Assembly: GCF_030684315.1 (NCBI RefSeq)
Contig: NC_081381.1
Span: 32,656,784-32,720,783, forward strand
Source of the DNA: Stegostoma tigrinum
Taxonomy: Eukaryota
Direction of reading: 5' to 3'
Length of the DNA: 64,000 nt
The position numbers and the translations under genes are program-made. Below, piece by piece: positions 38,001-53,000 of the stretch (position 1 is its first letter; each line of letters starts with the position of its first letter). The notes under the pieces were generated by a model, which did no database searches, had not been told where the DNA came from, and saw only the letters and a program-made list of their open reading frames with translations.

Positions 38001-41000
38001 GGATAACCTCACGTTTTATCCACATTATACTTCATCCATCGTGCACTCACTCATATTGTCCAAATCACATTGAAGCATCTCTGCATCGTTCTCACCACTC
38101 ACCCTCCTACCCAGCTTTGTGTCATCTGAAAACATGGAGAAATGCCATTTAGTTTCCTCATTCAAAATCACTAATATATTGTGACTAGCTGGATTCCTAG
38201 CACTGATCCCTGTGGTGTTCAACTGGTCATCGCCTGTATTCAGAGAGACACCCATTTACTCAACTGTTTCCTGTTTGACAACCAAATTTCTATTCGTCTT
38301 GATATGCTATCACCATCCTATATGGTTTAATTTTACATTCTAATCTGTTGCATGGGCTATTGTTGAAAGTGTTCTGAAAGTCCAAATAAGCCACAGGCAT
38401 TTGACTCCCCTTCAGTCACTCAATTCATTACATCCTTGAAGAATTCCAGTAGATTTGTTAAGCAAGAATTCCCTTTTGTAAATCCATGCTAACAGTATCC
38501 AATCCTGCCACTGTTTTCCCAATGCTGACTAATTAATTCTTTTATAACGGACTCCAGCATTTTTTTTCCTCACTTTTGATGCAAGAGTGACTGATCCACA
38601 TTGCTGGTTTTCACTCTGTTCCCCCTTCTTAAATAGAAGGGTGATGTTAGCTACTCTCCAATGTGTAGGCACTGTTCCAGAGGCTACAGAATCGTGGAAG
38701 ATTACCAACAGTGATGGCAGCGCGGTGACAGAGGGGCATCAGCCCAGCAGCGAAAGGTGTTGCCAGAAGAGTGGCGACTATAGTGTTGGTTGGGTCTGGT
38801 GAGGTGGTGGAGGAAGGGTGGCAACACCAGCATCATTGATGAGCTTGCTCAGGACTGATGGACTGTCTTTAAGCCAAATCTTTATTTTTTTTTCCTTATT
38901 CTTAAAACTATTCAAAATAGCACCATTCCCTGCCAACAGTGGACAAGCTTTTTGCTGTATTTTACTATTTTTCGCACTATAAAATACACGCAACAGTAAA
39001 ATCATTCTTCAGTGCATCCACTTATTCTAGGGCCAATTTTAGTACCTTGCATGTAGATTATCAGGCCCTGAGGATTTATCAGCCTTCAATTCCATCAATT
39101 TGCCCAATGCCATTTCCCTAGCAATACCGCCTTCAGTATCTCCCCCCACTCTAAACACTCTTCCCCAGTGTTTTTGATATGTTATACTTGTGTCCTCTTG
39201 TGAATGCAGAACTAAAGAATGTATGTAGTTGGCCAGCCATTTCTTTGTTTCCCATTAAAAGTTCTCCTGTTTCTGACTGAAAGGGGCCTATTTTTGTCTT
39301 CGCTGATTGGGTTTCTTTTCGTATAACTGTAGAAATGTTTACAGTCAGTTTCTACGTTCGCCGCAAGTCTACTCTAGTCTTATATTTTACTTTCCCTTTC
39401 TTAATCAGTCTCTTTACCCTGTTTTGCTGAATCCTCAGCTGCTCCCACTCCCCCATGTCTGTCGTTTTTTTTTATTTTCTGGTCAATTTGTATGTCTCTT
39501 CCTTGGATCTAATACTACCGCTAATTTCCCTTGTAAGCTGTGGTTTAGCCACCTTTCCTATCTTTTGTGCCAGACAGGAATGAACAATTGTTGCACTTCA
39601 CCAATATGCACTTTGAATGTTTGCCATTATCTTTTCTTCTTCATCTCTGTAAGTACTATTTGCCAGTCTGACATAACTAACTCATGCTTCATATCATTGT
39701 CGCTTCCTCTGTTTAGATTCAGGAACCCAAAGGAGAATCTATTAGGTTACTCCATCTTGATGAGGAATTCTGCCATGTTATGGTCACTCTCACCCAAAGG
39801 GCCTTGCACAACTAGATTGCCAACTGTTCATTCTCATTAGACAATACCCAGTGTAGGTTGGCTTGATCTCTAGTTGGCTGTTCTACATTATTGTTAATGA
39901 AACTTAAATGTGATACCTTTCCACATCTGGCCACTCCCTTTTAAGGAATAAACTCTTGTCTGAAGAGTGAGATCGGCAATCTCACTTCTTGTTAACCAAG
40001 TGTACTAGCTGTTACATTTTCCTCGGTTACTTTTTAATAAATTCTACAATATTATCTTGCCTTGTAAATTCTAAGTTTTTTTTAAGAATGATATATTACA
40101 CTGTGTTTTGAGCCATCTGACTTAGAAGTGTATATCCCTGCTTAAAGTTACCTGAATGCATATTGGAAACTGTTCTCCTGAATTATTTGCTTTATACTAA
40201 AACTAACGATTGTTTTGCTTTTTTTTTGTTTTGAAGGTCTCCCCAATGAGTTGGCCTGGGGCCAGAAGAAAGCTACGTATTACAGCACAGACTATGTTGA
40301 CGAGCTTCTGCGTATGTGCAGTAATTTCCCATCTTAAACTGGCTTCAGCAAAGAGAATAAATTCTTCCATTGGTTGCATTTTATCACATTGTAGACCAAC
40401 TCTTGATAGACAGATTTTTCATTTTTGTTGCGTGCTGAAAGCATCTTTGAGAATTAAAATAGATTCATTTTAAATGGGAATTATATAACTGATCAGTTAT
40501 CAGCAGAATGAGAAAATAGGGTCATGTTTTGGAGCTTATCTAAACAGAACTGATGTTACTAAAGTCACAGTTGTCCACTAATATTTAAGTTATGCCACAT
40601 TGTACTCATTTGGTTGTTCCAAGGCTGTTTGCTATCCTTGCAATGTAATGAGAGGTGTTTTTATAAGTAGCAGTGAGAAAAGGAGTCATATTCTGTAGTG
40701 GTGATAACGTGTTGAATAGTATGACAAATGAAGGCTAGTTGCTCATTACACGTTCTGGAGCATAATAGAGTTAATGCAGATTAGCTCATTTTGCATTCTC
40801 CTACTATATTTTAGCACCCGAGTACTAGATCTGCATTTGTCTGTCTCTGTATAAATGATTTGGATGAGAATATAGAAAGCATTGTTAATGAGTTTGCAGG
40901 TGACATCAAAATTAGTGGTATAATGGATAGTAAAGAAGGTTATCTAAGATTACCAAGAGATCTTGATCAATTGGGTTAAAGGGCTGAAGAATGGCAGATG

Positions 41001-44000
41001 GAGTTTAATTTGGATAAATGTGAGCTATTCCATTTTCGTAAAACAAACAAAGGCAAGACTTATACAATTAAAATTAGAGCCTTGGATAGTGTTGTAAACA
41101 GAAAGACCTAGGGTTTAGGTATATAATTCTTTGAAGTTTTCCATCACATGTAAATAGGTTGGTTAAGAAGGTGTTTAACATGCTTGCCTTCATTGCTCAG
41201 TGCTTTGAGCATAGGAATTGGGACGCTGTCTTGAAGTTGTACAGGATGTCAGTGAGGTTTCTTCTGGGGTACTGTGTCTAGTTCTGGTCTCCCTGTTACA
41301 GAAAGGATAATTATTAAGCTGGACAGGTTCAGAAGAGATTTGCCAGGATGTCGCTGGAAATGAGGATTTGAGTTATGAGAAGATGCTGGATAGGCTGGGA
41401 CTTTTTCCAGTGGAGCAAAGGAAGTTGAGAGGTGACCTTAGAGGTTTATATTTAAAAAAAAAGAAATTCCAGGATATAGATAAGATGAATGGTAGGTGCC
41501 TTCTCTAAAGTGGGGAATTTCAAGACAGGGGGCATATTTTTAAGGTGAGAGGAGAAAGTTGTGGTTAGTTGGTTGGCTTGTTCTGCAGATGTTTCATCAC
41601 CCTGCTGGATAACATTATCAGTGCAGCATGGAACTGGACCCCACGTACACTCCAGTACACAGGAAAACCGGGAGTGAGGTAACCCAGCCTGACAGACCCC
41701 AGACTTTAAAAACCAGGTGGCAAAACACACCGTTTCATCGAAGGCTGCACTGATGATGTTACCCAGCACGGTAATGAAATGTCTGCGGAACATTTGAACC
41801 AGCTCAACGAGCCAACCAACCACAACACCCACAACCCGAGCTACAAATCTACTCCAAAACCTCTTGAGAGGAGAAAGATTCAAAAAAGACGTGGCAGTTT
41901 TTTTAACAGTGTGGTTCATGTTTGTGGAATGAACTTCCAGAGGAAATGGTGGATGCCCATACAGTTAGTGTTTAAAAGACATTCAGATAAGTACATGAAT
42001 AAAATGCTTTGGAGGGAAATGGGCCAAGTGCAGACAGGCGGGATGGGTTTAGTTCAGGATTATGGTCGGTATGGACTAGTTGGACCAAAGAGACTGTTTC
42101 CAAACTGTATGACTCTATGACCAATTTTCTTATCCTCTCATTCAGTACATTGTCATCTTCTGTAGCTGTTAAATGTTCATTGAGGAATCCTGCACGTCCA
42201 TGTTCACATGTTGTGAATTTGTCATTTCAAGATTGTTGCTTAGGCATCCAGCATTTGTGTTCTGGTATGAGGGATCTTCTTCATCAGCGAATACCTTGTG
42301 AATAATGTTATGTCTTAAAAATTGCAATGAGATCCACTTTAGTAATGCCTCCATTATCGTTCTTTGTATCATCCACGATGCAGTAAGTTTGGATCTGAGT
42401 TGCAGATTTCCTCAACATCCAGCCTTTTAGAACCAGTAGATGTCGATACTGGGATATCTAGATTGCTGAATGTTTATCTTTGCTTGAAGTCTCATCTCCA
42501 AGTGACTCTGTGGCAATGCATGACCTGTTTGAAATTTTCTGTCACTGATCCTGGGAGTAATGTGAATGCAGTAAGCAGCAGATTCCAGATACCCTTACAA
42601 AACGTGGTATGTTATTGCACTTTGGCTTCAAGTTTTGCAGATTACTTAATTGGTAATCTCTTCATTTTGACATGAGAATCCTCAGCTAGAAAATTATGAT
42701 TGTGAATTTTAGATTTTGTGCTATTTTGCCATAATGGATATTTTGCAGTAAAACACAGGTATACAAATTTACTGTGACTGGGTTCCCAGTTTCTGGCTTT
42801 TTATACACAGGTGGTAAGGGTCAGGAAGAGGCACTGGCAGAAGCTGAGGAGGAAGAACAAGAAGCTTTGAGTATTCAGAAACGTTTGACAGAGAATCTGA
42901 CTGAGGAAGACTTTGGACTTGACTTTATTCAGGTAACCAGTGATGGATATTGAGGCTTGAAAGTGGTTCTTCCTTCAGATTTGGTTAAAAGGAAGTTATC
43001 AGAACAGAACTTTCACTTCCCGATTCCTATCAACCTTGAGCAAATAGTTCCCCAACAATTTATTTTTTTTAGATGCAACAGAAGTAACGTTGACATCCCT
43101 GGTATTCTTCATTTATTGTGTTTTTTTTAATGCTAGAAGTGCTGGCCTATACATTGTTTTCTTTCTTCCACATAATCTTCCAACGCAGTGTTAGGAAGAA
43201 TGAGCAATGAGGCAAGATGTCTTCAGGGCTGCCAGAGTCCCTTCAACTGTCTCCCAAAGAAGGCAGGATTTTCAAGAAGCGCCAAGCTGAAGATTTGATT
43301 ATTTGTGTGTTCTTGTCACAGGCATTTGCCCAGGAGCAGGCAACTGAGAAAGTAACTCAAAAGGATCTGAAAATAAAAAAGGATTTGAAGAAAATGTCAC
43401 ATAAAGAGCAGATGAGTCTGCTGAAGAAAGAGTCACCAGAACTTCTGGATCTCATTCAGGACTTCAAAACAAAGGTTAACAAAATGTTGAAAGCTTCTCT
43501 TGAAAGTATTCATCTGTCTGTTTTATTTCTGAATGATGTTAAGTGGCATATAAATTGGATTATAAGTAAACCTAAAATACAGTAAAACAGATGTGTGCCA
43601 TATTGCCAAAAAAGGACTTCATGTGCAATATGTTCTTTTTATTGTTGGAATGTAAACATTACTAGCAGAGGCATTTTTATTGGCTGTCTCTCACTTACCC
43701 TTGAGAAGGTAGTGATGAATTGTGTTTTGTCATATAAAGTGTAAAGAAAAATATGTTGATCATTAAAGGAAATGGGACTGTTTTTTCCAGTAAAGTTTCC
43801 CAGAGCACTTTGGAGTGTTGAGATGTTTATTCAGGCCAAATGCACTTTATCTACTTCTCAATTATCTGATCTGCGAACTTTCTCAACAGGCAAACTTTTG
43901 CTTGACTGGCTTACCAATGGCCTGTCCAACCTGTATTGTATTAATGATGCTGTAAGATGGGAAAAGGGATGAATAAAGCTGAAGTGAAAGTTTAACTTTA

Positions 44001-47000
44001 ATGCACAGGATTTACTTATTTCCAGTTTGCTCTTGTGAATTTGTATTGTACTCGAGGCAGAGTCTCTGTGTTCTGAATTCAATAATTTTTTTTTAACCTC
44101 TCCAAGTTGTAGTTGTTGATGTAGAAAGCAAGGAAAAATTGGTGACAGCTCAGCTTTCAGGAAAGCGTAGATTGGGGGACACTGCTGAATCCATGCACCT
44201 TTTAGAAACTTTTTTTGCTAAAGTTAAATTCAAGTGCATCCTAGCTCAGACACAAATCTGGAGGTTTTACTTTTCATCAGTTGCCTCACCTATGGGATGC
44301 AGCATCTGAAATGTGAAACTTGCAGTAGTACAACCTCCTTGATTTCTTTCCCCTTTTTTTGCAGGAAAATGTCCGACTTTCACTAATTGTAGAAATCTTC
44401 CTTTACATGAGTTATTAAGAAGATAGAAACCTTGGACATTCCTATCTTTTTATTTACATACTGATTGTTAGGATTGTGCACTGCTTGTTAAACCACTGTT
44501 GCTAAGTTACACTCAGCAGTCGATTAATTTCTGATTTGTCGTTTTGCAGCTTGCTGAGTTGAGGGATGAGTTGCACCCACTGATAGAGATGGTGCGGAGT
44601 GGGAAGATACCTGCAGGGAAGGTATGATGGAACAAATAACTGAGTGCGATGAAAATCAACAGAGACTGAACCATCTGGATCATTCTGTAATAATTGTTCT
44701 GCCTTGATTCACAGGGTGCCAGCTACGTGCAGACCAAGTACCATCTCTACCTGAAGTATGTTTCTTCAACAGTACCTTAGAATCTGTATCTTTTCCAAAA
44801 ACTGGTGGGGAATGGGAAACCAAGCAGATGCTTCAAATGCAGGATATCCAGCATGTTAATCACTAGTTGCTATATGTGGCTAATTGCATGTGGCTTATTA
44901 GTAAATAAAAGTCAGTAATGGCCATGTGCTCTAAATTTACATGATGTCTGTACGTATCTTTTCACCATTTTATAGGAAAGGAGAAAAGTGTCCAAGTATT
45001 TTAATTGGCTGCATGTTATTCTTTGGTTACTGTTTATTTGATTATTGTCTAAAATGATAATATCACTATTGGAAATGTTGGCTTTCAGCAACATATTGAG
45101 GTGTAGGAGCAGTCACCGTAGAATAATCACTAATGAGGGAATGTGAGATTTTCTTGTATTATTCTACAAAGAGTGTGAAGTACTGTACATAAAAATAATC
45201 TGTACTTCCAGTAGCAGTGCCTTCCATATTCTAAATATTCCACTTTTTTGCTTTTTGGTTTAAACTTTTCAGACATTTATGATATTCATGTTAATGAAAT
45301 CTCTCTAATCCATAGTTACTGCACAAACATCAGTTTTTACCTAGTACTGAAGGCCAAACGGATCCCAGTGCAGAGTCACCCCGTGATTGAGAGGCTGCTC
45401 ACCTACAGAAATGTGAGTATACGACTGTTTAACTGCACCGGGGTCTTTAGTTTTCCTCTCTGTATCCATGGCTGTGGTCACAGGTATATCTTGGGTCCGT
45501 TTCAATCTGTCATTCAGAATCTAGTTCCTACACACTGACTAAGATTTAGTTCTGGAATGCTTCTCTGATTTGTTTTATTCTCTTCAACCAATATCTTCCC
45601 TAGCCCAAGCAGCATCTACCTTATTCACTGGGCTTAAAGCCCCTGGTTAGATTACTGAAGAATCTAACTAAACTGCAGAATTGGGCTGAAAGATGGCAAA
45701 TGGAGTTCAATGCGGATAAATGTGAGGTGATTCACTTTGGGAAGAATAATAGGAAGGCAGAATACTGGGTCAATGGAAAGATTCTTGGTAGTGTGGATGT
45801 GCAGGGGGATCTTGGTGTCCGTCTACATAGATCCCTGAAAGTTGCCACCCAGGTTGATAGTGCTGTTAAGAAGGCATATTGTGTGTTAGGTTTTATTTGT
45901 AGAGGGATTGAGTTCCGGACCCGTGATGTCATGCTGCAACTGTACAAAACACTAGTGAGGCCTTACTTGGAATATTGTGTGCAGTTCTGGTTGCCCCATT
46001 ACAGGAAGGATGTTGAAGCATTGGAAAAGGTGCAGAGGAGATTTACCAGGATGTTGCCTTGTCTGGAGCACAGGCCCTATGAAGAAAGGCTGAAGGACTT
46101 GGGTCTGTTCTCATTGGAGAGAAGAAGGCTAAGAGGGGATTGAATAGAAACATACGAGATGATCAGAGGATTAGATAGGGTGGACAGTGAGAGTCTTTTT
46201 CCGAGGATGATGACTTCAGCTTGTACAAAGGGGCATAGCTACAAATTGAGGGGTGATAGATTTTAAGACAGATGTCAGAGGCAGGTTCTTTACTCAGTGG
46301 TAAGGGCGTGGAATGCCCAGCCTGCCAATATAGTTAACTCAGCCACATTAGGGGCATTTAAACAATCCTTGGATAAGCATATGGATGATGATGGGATAGT
46401 GTAGGGGGATGAGCTTAGATTAGTTCACAGGTTGGCGCAACATCGAGGGCCGAAGGGCCTGTTCTGCACTATATTGTTCTATGTTCTATACCCTCTGGTT
46501 TGGGTAAACTGGTTCCCAGGTTAACATTAATAAGGATAAGATGCTGGAGAAACACAAGAGGTCAGACAATATCAGTGAAGAGGGAAACTGATTTAGAATA
46601 GAATAGAAATTTATGGGCACTTTGATACAAAAAATACAGTGAAAATTTTTATAAGTTGCCCCACCACGGTGCATATATTAGTGACAGAAATCATTCATGA
46701 TAATTTTTAAAAACAAGTGAAATTAAGACAAAGTTCATCATACATTTGAGGTGTAGAGCTGGATAAATACAGCAGGTCAAGCAGCATCAGAAGAGCAGGA
46801 ATGCTGACGTTTCAGGCCTAGACCCTTCTTCAGAAATGCTTCTGCAGCTGGAACACCTGCAGGCTGAAGATGAAAAAGTCCTCCACGTGGGGACAAGACC
46901 ACCATGCCAGAACAAGACTACTGTACAAGGAGACCAGCACGCTGTGCCGAGATCTCCGTCTCTTCTCCTTCAGCTGCCAAGGCCCAGTGCCGTGCTGGAG

Positions 47001-50000
47001 CCTTGCCTACAAATCCGGACGGGGGCATAGTTAGCCTGGGACCTGCATCTTACTTGGCGGACTGGGGTGGAGCTGCGTCCGGTTCGTCCCAGTGTTTCTG
47101 CTGCCACCAGAGGCCACCTCCCTCACCTGCCACTCTCCAGACCCAAAAGAAAAGACAACCAAGGATAAAGAAAAGAAAGAAAGCCAAACAAAAGAGAGAG
47201 GAGAAAGAAAGCCAGTGGGAGTTGGCAGGCCTTGGCTTCAGCCTACTCTGCCACCATCTTGATGAATTATACAATTTGTGTCTTATGACTCTTCTGCAGA
47301 ACTGAATTGTTTCTGGCGGACTTGATTTTAATTCTGTTTACCTCTTCAATGCTGCTGCCCAACTTGTTCAGTTTCTCAACAGTTTCTATTTTTGTTTCAG
47401 ATTTCCAATAATCATATATTTTGCTTTTAACTCTGGTAAATGATGCTTGGATTTAAAAGCAAGTCATGCTGATTTTTCTCTTCTCTGTTGCTGCATTTGA
47501 CAACTGGCTTGTCATTGCAGCTGATCAATGATCTAGTTGGATTGGATGACAAGCTGTTGCCTGAAATCCAGCAGCTTTTGAGCCAGAATAGTCTGGATCC
47601 TGGGTCAACCACGGAAAAAGATAAACTCATCTCTGAGGTTAAAAAAGTTCCAATTCGATTGAGCAGGCAGCCTAAAGCTGGACAAAGAACAGAAGCAAAG
47701 GTAAGATAGATATGGTTTTCATTGCACACTAGCAAGGACAGAATCCAGATTTTGAAGAATGAGTGGTTATTGTTAATTGTGTAAAGTTTTCAAAATTTGA
47801 ACGTGGCAGGACCCCGAGCTGTATCCCACATTGTGATCGCTGTTTTCACACTTGTTTAATACTAAAACTGAAACTCTTTTATGGTGAGCTCTGACAGACC
47901 GAATCTTTTCAATCTATCTTTTAATCATTGTAATGAGTAGAGAAATTTTGCTCTCTATTTTCTGCTTTTCCATACATTCTTAAGTTTACAAGATCTGTGT
48001 TTTAATCTAGGCCACTGATCTCACAGTTTCTGGGGACTCCGAGTCTGATACAGATGAAGAAGCAGCATTCCAATATTATAAAGATATGGAGGAGAGGCTG
48101 ACTCAAAAGAGAAAGAGAGCTCAACGTGACAGGTGTTGATCGCTTACACATGGAATATGCTTGCATATGAATATGATATAAAACATGTCCTAGACTGTTC
48201 CCTTAATCGGGATAATGGCTATTGGGATATGCACTGCACAGCATTTAAACTGATTAACTTACTGGGGATGAATGTCATGAAAAAAGCATTGTCTCACATG
48301 TTAAAAAGAGTGCTGCCTCCAAGATGGGAAGGTTTGACATAGTGGAAGCAGAGATGTAAATAGGCTTTCAGAAAGTATTGATAAAGTACTGTATTATTAG
48401 AGAATAGAAATTACAAGTAGTCTAACGATATTTTTTAAAACTGATTTATACGGTGGGAACTGAATGAAGTAACAACAGGCATTTTCTCAAGACGATTGGA
48501 AATAGGTTGCTGTGTCTTCAGCGTTCTGGCCTAAACAGTTGTGTCACAATTTGTGCACAGTACTAAAATGGGATGTGTATTAATTCTCAGGACCAAAGTG
48601 ATCTTGATGAGATAAGGGAATGGTCAAAATAGTGGGAGATGGAATTCAGTGTTGGACATGAAGTAGTACATGGGTCTGGATGACCTGAGGAGCTGCAATC
48701 ATCATCTGATTATCGTCCTACTCGCATTCCTTCAAGGTGATACTGTCCCACTTCTGGGACCTTTTGAGTCCAGCTTTATCAGAAGTGTGGAGTGCAGTGC
48801 CCCATTAAGAGCTCTGTTGAAGTGGAGTAGAGTCAAGAGTAGATAGGGCATATCCATTATCTTTACAGCACCAGCTGCCTTCTGGTAAGTGTAAAGGTTC
48901 AGTATGAATGTGTGGGTCACACTTGGGTTGAGAGATTGAGAAGCAGTGCAGAAAACAGGGCTTACTGTGAATGATTTGGAAGGTCAGTTGTGTACGTAAT
49001 TTGTCCAGATGATAAGTAAAGCTCATGTAGTCCCAAAGGGCCACAGGGCTGCTCTCTCATTAGAGCGGGTTGACTGGTGGTGAGTTAACCTCAGGGTCAC
49101 AATATCTCAGGCAGCACTGAGAAGGGGACCTTCATGGTGACATCAGCTGGTACGAGAATTAAACCAGTGCTGTTAGTGTCACACTGCCTCACAAACCAGT
49201 TGTCCAGCCAACTGAGCTAACCAACCCTCACAATAAGTACGTGTACATTACCTGAAGTTTCCACCTCTAACTGAGTCAGAGATATTGCAGAAAATATTTT
49301 AAACTTCCTGTGCAATTTTCATGGGTCAGTATATCAGAACTTCCAACAAGGATCTCAGTAATGCATTTGGTCTCCAGTGATCTGGAAGTCGGAAAGCTCG
49401 AGCTACATTCTGAGGGAAAAGTGCCCGATGAGAATGAAAAAGAATAATTTTGAGGGTTCAGATTCACAAAACTTTAAACATTGGCATCTCAAATGGAAAT
49501 GCTTTCATGAATGGAATATTGGTCACCATGGCAAGAGTTATCAGGGGTTTAGTTTGTATTTTGATGGTAAATTTATTTTTACTGTAGGAACCACATTGAG
49601 GTTTCAGAGAAGGACAGTTCAGATTTGTCAGAATGTTGCCGGATATGATGAAATACAAATCGGAAAAGATTTTGTGAAATTCGGGCTAATTTTGTAAGAA
49701 GGAACGAGATTCGGTGATGGTTTGATGGACGTGTTTAAAGTATGATGGAGTGGGATAGAGTAGATAGCAAGTGTTTTATATGATTTCTGGTTCTAATCGA
49801 AGAATCAACAACCTGTGTCTCTGGAACCAACTATGGCCGTTTAGCATCTCATTTGTGATTTCCCATTCATTTCCAATTGGATGACATGAACACAAAGGCT
49901 GAGAAAAAATTAAATCAAGAAAAAACTAAATTGTTTTTATTGTGGCAATGAAAAGCTAATTATTGTTATTGTATTTCATTATTCCAAATAATTTTTTTAA

Positions 50001-53000
50001 CAAAAAGCATGTTGTACTCTAACTGAACAAGTTTGTGACAAAGCTACATTATGGGTGTTATGTATATAGCCTTTGGTTTGAGGAATAACTTTTACAGTTG
50101 TGATCGTCATTGTACCTTTATTGCTGGGTTAAATGCTTCTCAATTAGAAGCTGTTAAATTGGGAGAAAAAATGGTAAAAGAAATTGTCTTAATTTTTGTA
50201 TCAAGTTTTTTGATTTAAAGATCCCTACTTACAAAATTGTGTAGTTAAGTTCTGATTTGTCTTTTTGACATAACAGAAAATACATGTGCTGAATTTATTT
50301 GTGCAAGTAATACATTCTGCACTTGGTAATTTGCCAAATATTTGATTTAGCAATTTTGAATATTCTACTTGTGACTCCTTGGTTTTTTTATCATTTGCAT
50401 TTTTTTTCTTTTGAAGAGGCTGCTCAGGCTGTTGATCTTTGTTCTAGACTCTTAAATGAAAGAGATATCAAATGTGAAATGAGTGAAACTACTTTTCTCA
50501 TTTCCAGTCAGTGATTCTGGATTACACAGTTGGACTTTGACTTAGGCAGACCATGTCTACATTTAAGAATTGGTAGATGGTTGATAGAGTGAATAAGGAT
50601 GGCAGCAGGGTGGGTATACACAGGAGTGATCTTAAGATTAAAAAATCAAAATGAACTGCATTGCTCACTTCCATGTAGTAATGCTTATATATTTCTGGTT
50701 TGATTTCCCAACAAGGATCCAGTAAGGATACAACAACTCAACTTAGTGTTGTTGGTACACTGAGGAGGCAAAAACAGCATTTGCTCGGTATAAGTAATCA
50801 GAATGCGAAACTGCCCAAAACTGGTTACCTGTTTACCGTGACAAGGTTTAGCTCCCCTCTAAATAGAAATTTTTGGCTCATCAATTTTCATTTCCTTGCC
50901 ACTTTGCAGAAAATATTCCCAATGAGAATTTTTTGGACATAGGAATTCGCTTAACTGTGACATTGTTCTGCGCTTCTGTATCGAATAATTTGCTGTGATT
51001 AAATACCTGATCTCAAACATGAAAAGCAGCTGCTCAGAAAACCTACCATGCAGAACTTTATTGTAAAGTAGGGAAAGGGTTCATTTGAGAAATAATGTGT
51101 TTACGCTAGATTCTTCTACTCCTGACTTGATCCCTGACAGCTGGAATGTCACCCAACACATTTCCTCCACCTTCTCCCATCTCCCCTACCACGTGCACCT
51201 TCGGTATTGATGACAATAAATGAAATGTTGATTGTATTCAAATGCAGTAACATTGGGTTTTGTATTTCAGCAATGAGGACAGTCCTGTGGTAAAGCAAGT
51301 ACTTGGTCCAGATGGAAAGAGAAAGATCACATACCAGGTTTCTAGCTCCATTTTAACATATCTTTTTGCTGCTTTAGGGCTACATTTTTAACCATTTCTT
51401 TTTCTGTATTGCCTGAAGCCATGATATTTAGTATTACTTGAAACTTAAGCTGTTTCTTCATGTTTATATTTGAGTTGTTATTTGATTTTAAAAGACATTT
51501 CACAATCCTAAATGTCAGTTGAGTATTAGTCAATATGCAGCTCAACGTTTTTGCTGTTTAACATAACATGTTACTTAGTAAATGGCACTGCAAGAGTGAT
51601 TTTGATTCCTCTTTTTGTTTTTCTGTCTGAGGAATGTCCTTTTGTTAACCAACTGCCTGGTTGGATGGGAGTTTTCCATATGAAGAATCTAAACTTTGTT
51701 AGGATCCCAGCTGACAACCGTACCAGAAAAGTCAATTCCTGAACGAAATTTGACACGATAGATCATAGACTTTTTAATTTTTGCAGGTGGTTAGTGTGGA
51801 GGTTTAGTTACTGAAACATTGACAAAGGCTACAAATGTTCTTGAACAAATTAACATGTGTCGCACAGAAGAAAAAGCAAACAATAAGAGTTTAGAAGGAT
51901 CTTAACATAGGTTTAAATGCTATGTTGCTATTAATTTCCCAGCAATATCTTTTCAGTTATTCAAATCCAGAGAAATATCATTTCTATCTCAACTCTTTAG
52001 TACTTAGCCAACTCTTCAGTTATCCTTCCTGGACTGCTGAGAGCATTTTGTTTTCTCTCTAAGTCTGCTGTTTTCAATTCCGAGGGCCTCAACCTCTTTC
52101 TCATTCAGGCAATTCAAAACCTCTGTATAAACTCCGGCTTTGAAGCTTCACAACTAAACTGTTCGGACAGAACAGGTTTTGATTCTTCTGAACTAAACTT
52201 ACCTCTGATCTGTTTTCCTGTGTTATAAACTCAGCAGTGTAAAGATTTCATCCTTTATACTACAGTCTTTAGGCTAGACACTGAAACAGATGCCTCCTGC
52301 CTTCAGTTCACTATTCCAAGTGACCTTTTATTTTTAAAGGTTACCTTCACAAAACTGAAATCACACATCTGTTTTATTTCAAGATTTTGAAATGATTTAC
52401 ACAATTTTTATACACTATAGAGCAGGAAATCTAATCAGACTTTGGCATAGAAAACTGTGGTATTGAGAACAAAAAATGCAGAAGAATCTCAGCAGGTCTA
52501 CCATCGTAATTAGAGAGAGAAACTGAGTTAATGATTCGAGTCCAATGTGTCCAAATCATCAAAACTCACTCTTTTTTTCTTTCCATGATGCTGCCTGACC
52601 TCCTGTGTTTCTCCAGAATTTTCTGTGTATTAATCTTTTTAGTACAGCAATGTGCCACTGAATCTTTCAGTTCACAGTTGGTTACAGAGATGTTTCTTGT
52701 AAGCACATCTGTTAAAATTGTCTCTGGATGCTCATCAAACTATGTGCTATCTTCTGCAGATTGCTAAGAATAAAGGTCTCACACCCAAAAGGAAGAAGAT
52801 TGACCGTAATCCCCGAGTCAAACACCGAGAGAAATTCAGACGTGCTAAAATACGAAGGAAGGGCCAGGTAAGCAAGGGAGTCCCCCCAGTAGATTTAAGG
52901 AGTTGAGAATTGTCTTCATTTTAAATAATGAGGCTTGTTCACATCTTAAAATAATTTGTCGGGTTGTGGGAGTGCCTCAGCTATTCACTGGCAGGAGAGA

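Noticed and set aside
44622-44675. C/D-box-like arrangement (ATGATGG..CTGA..CGATGA..CTGA) in the 93-nt UTP3 intron 9
   Set aside because: It is only about 46 nt, overlaps the splice donor, has an imperfect C box and no rRNA guide I could recognise. A snoscan/Rfam search would settle it.
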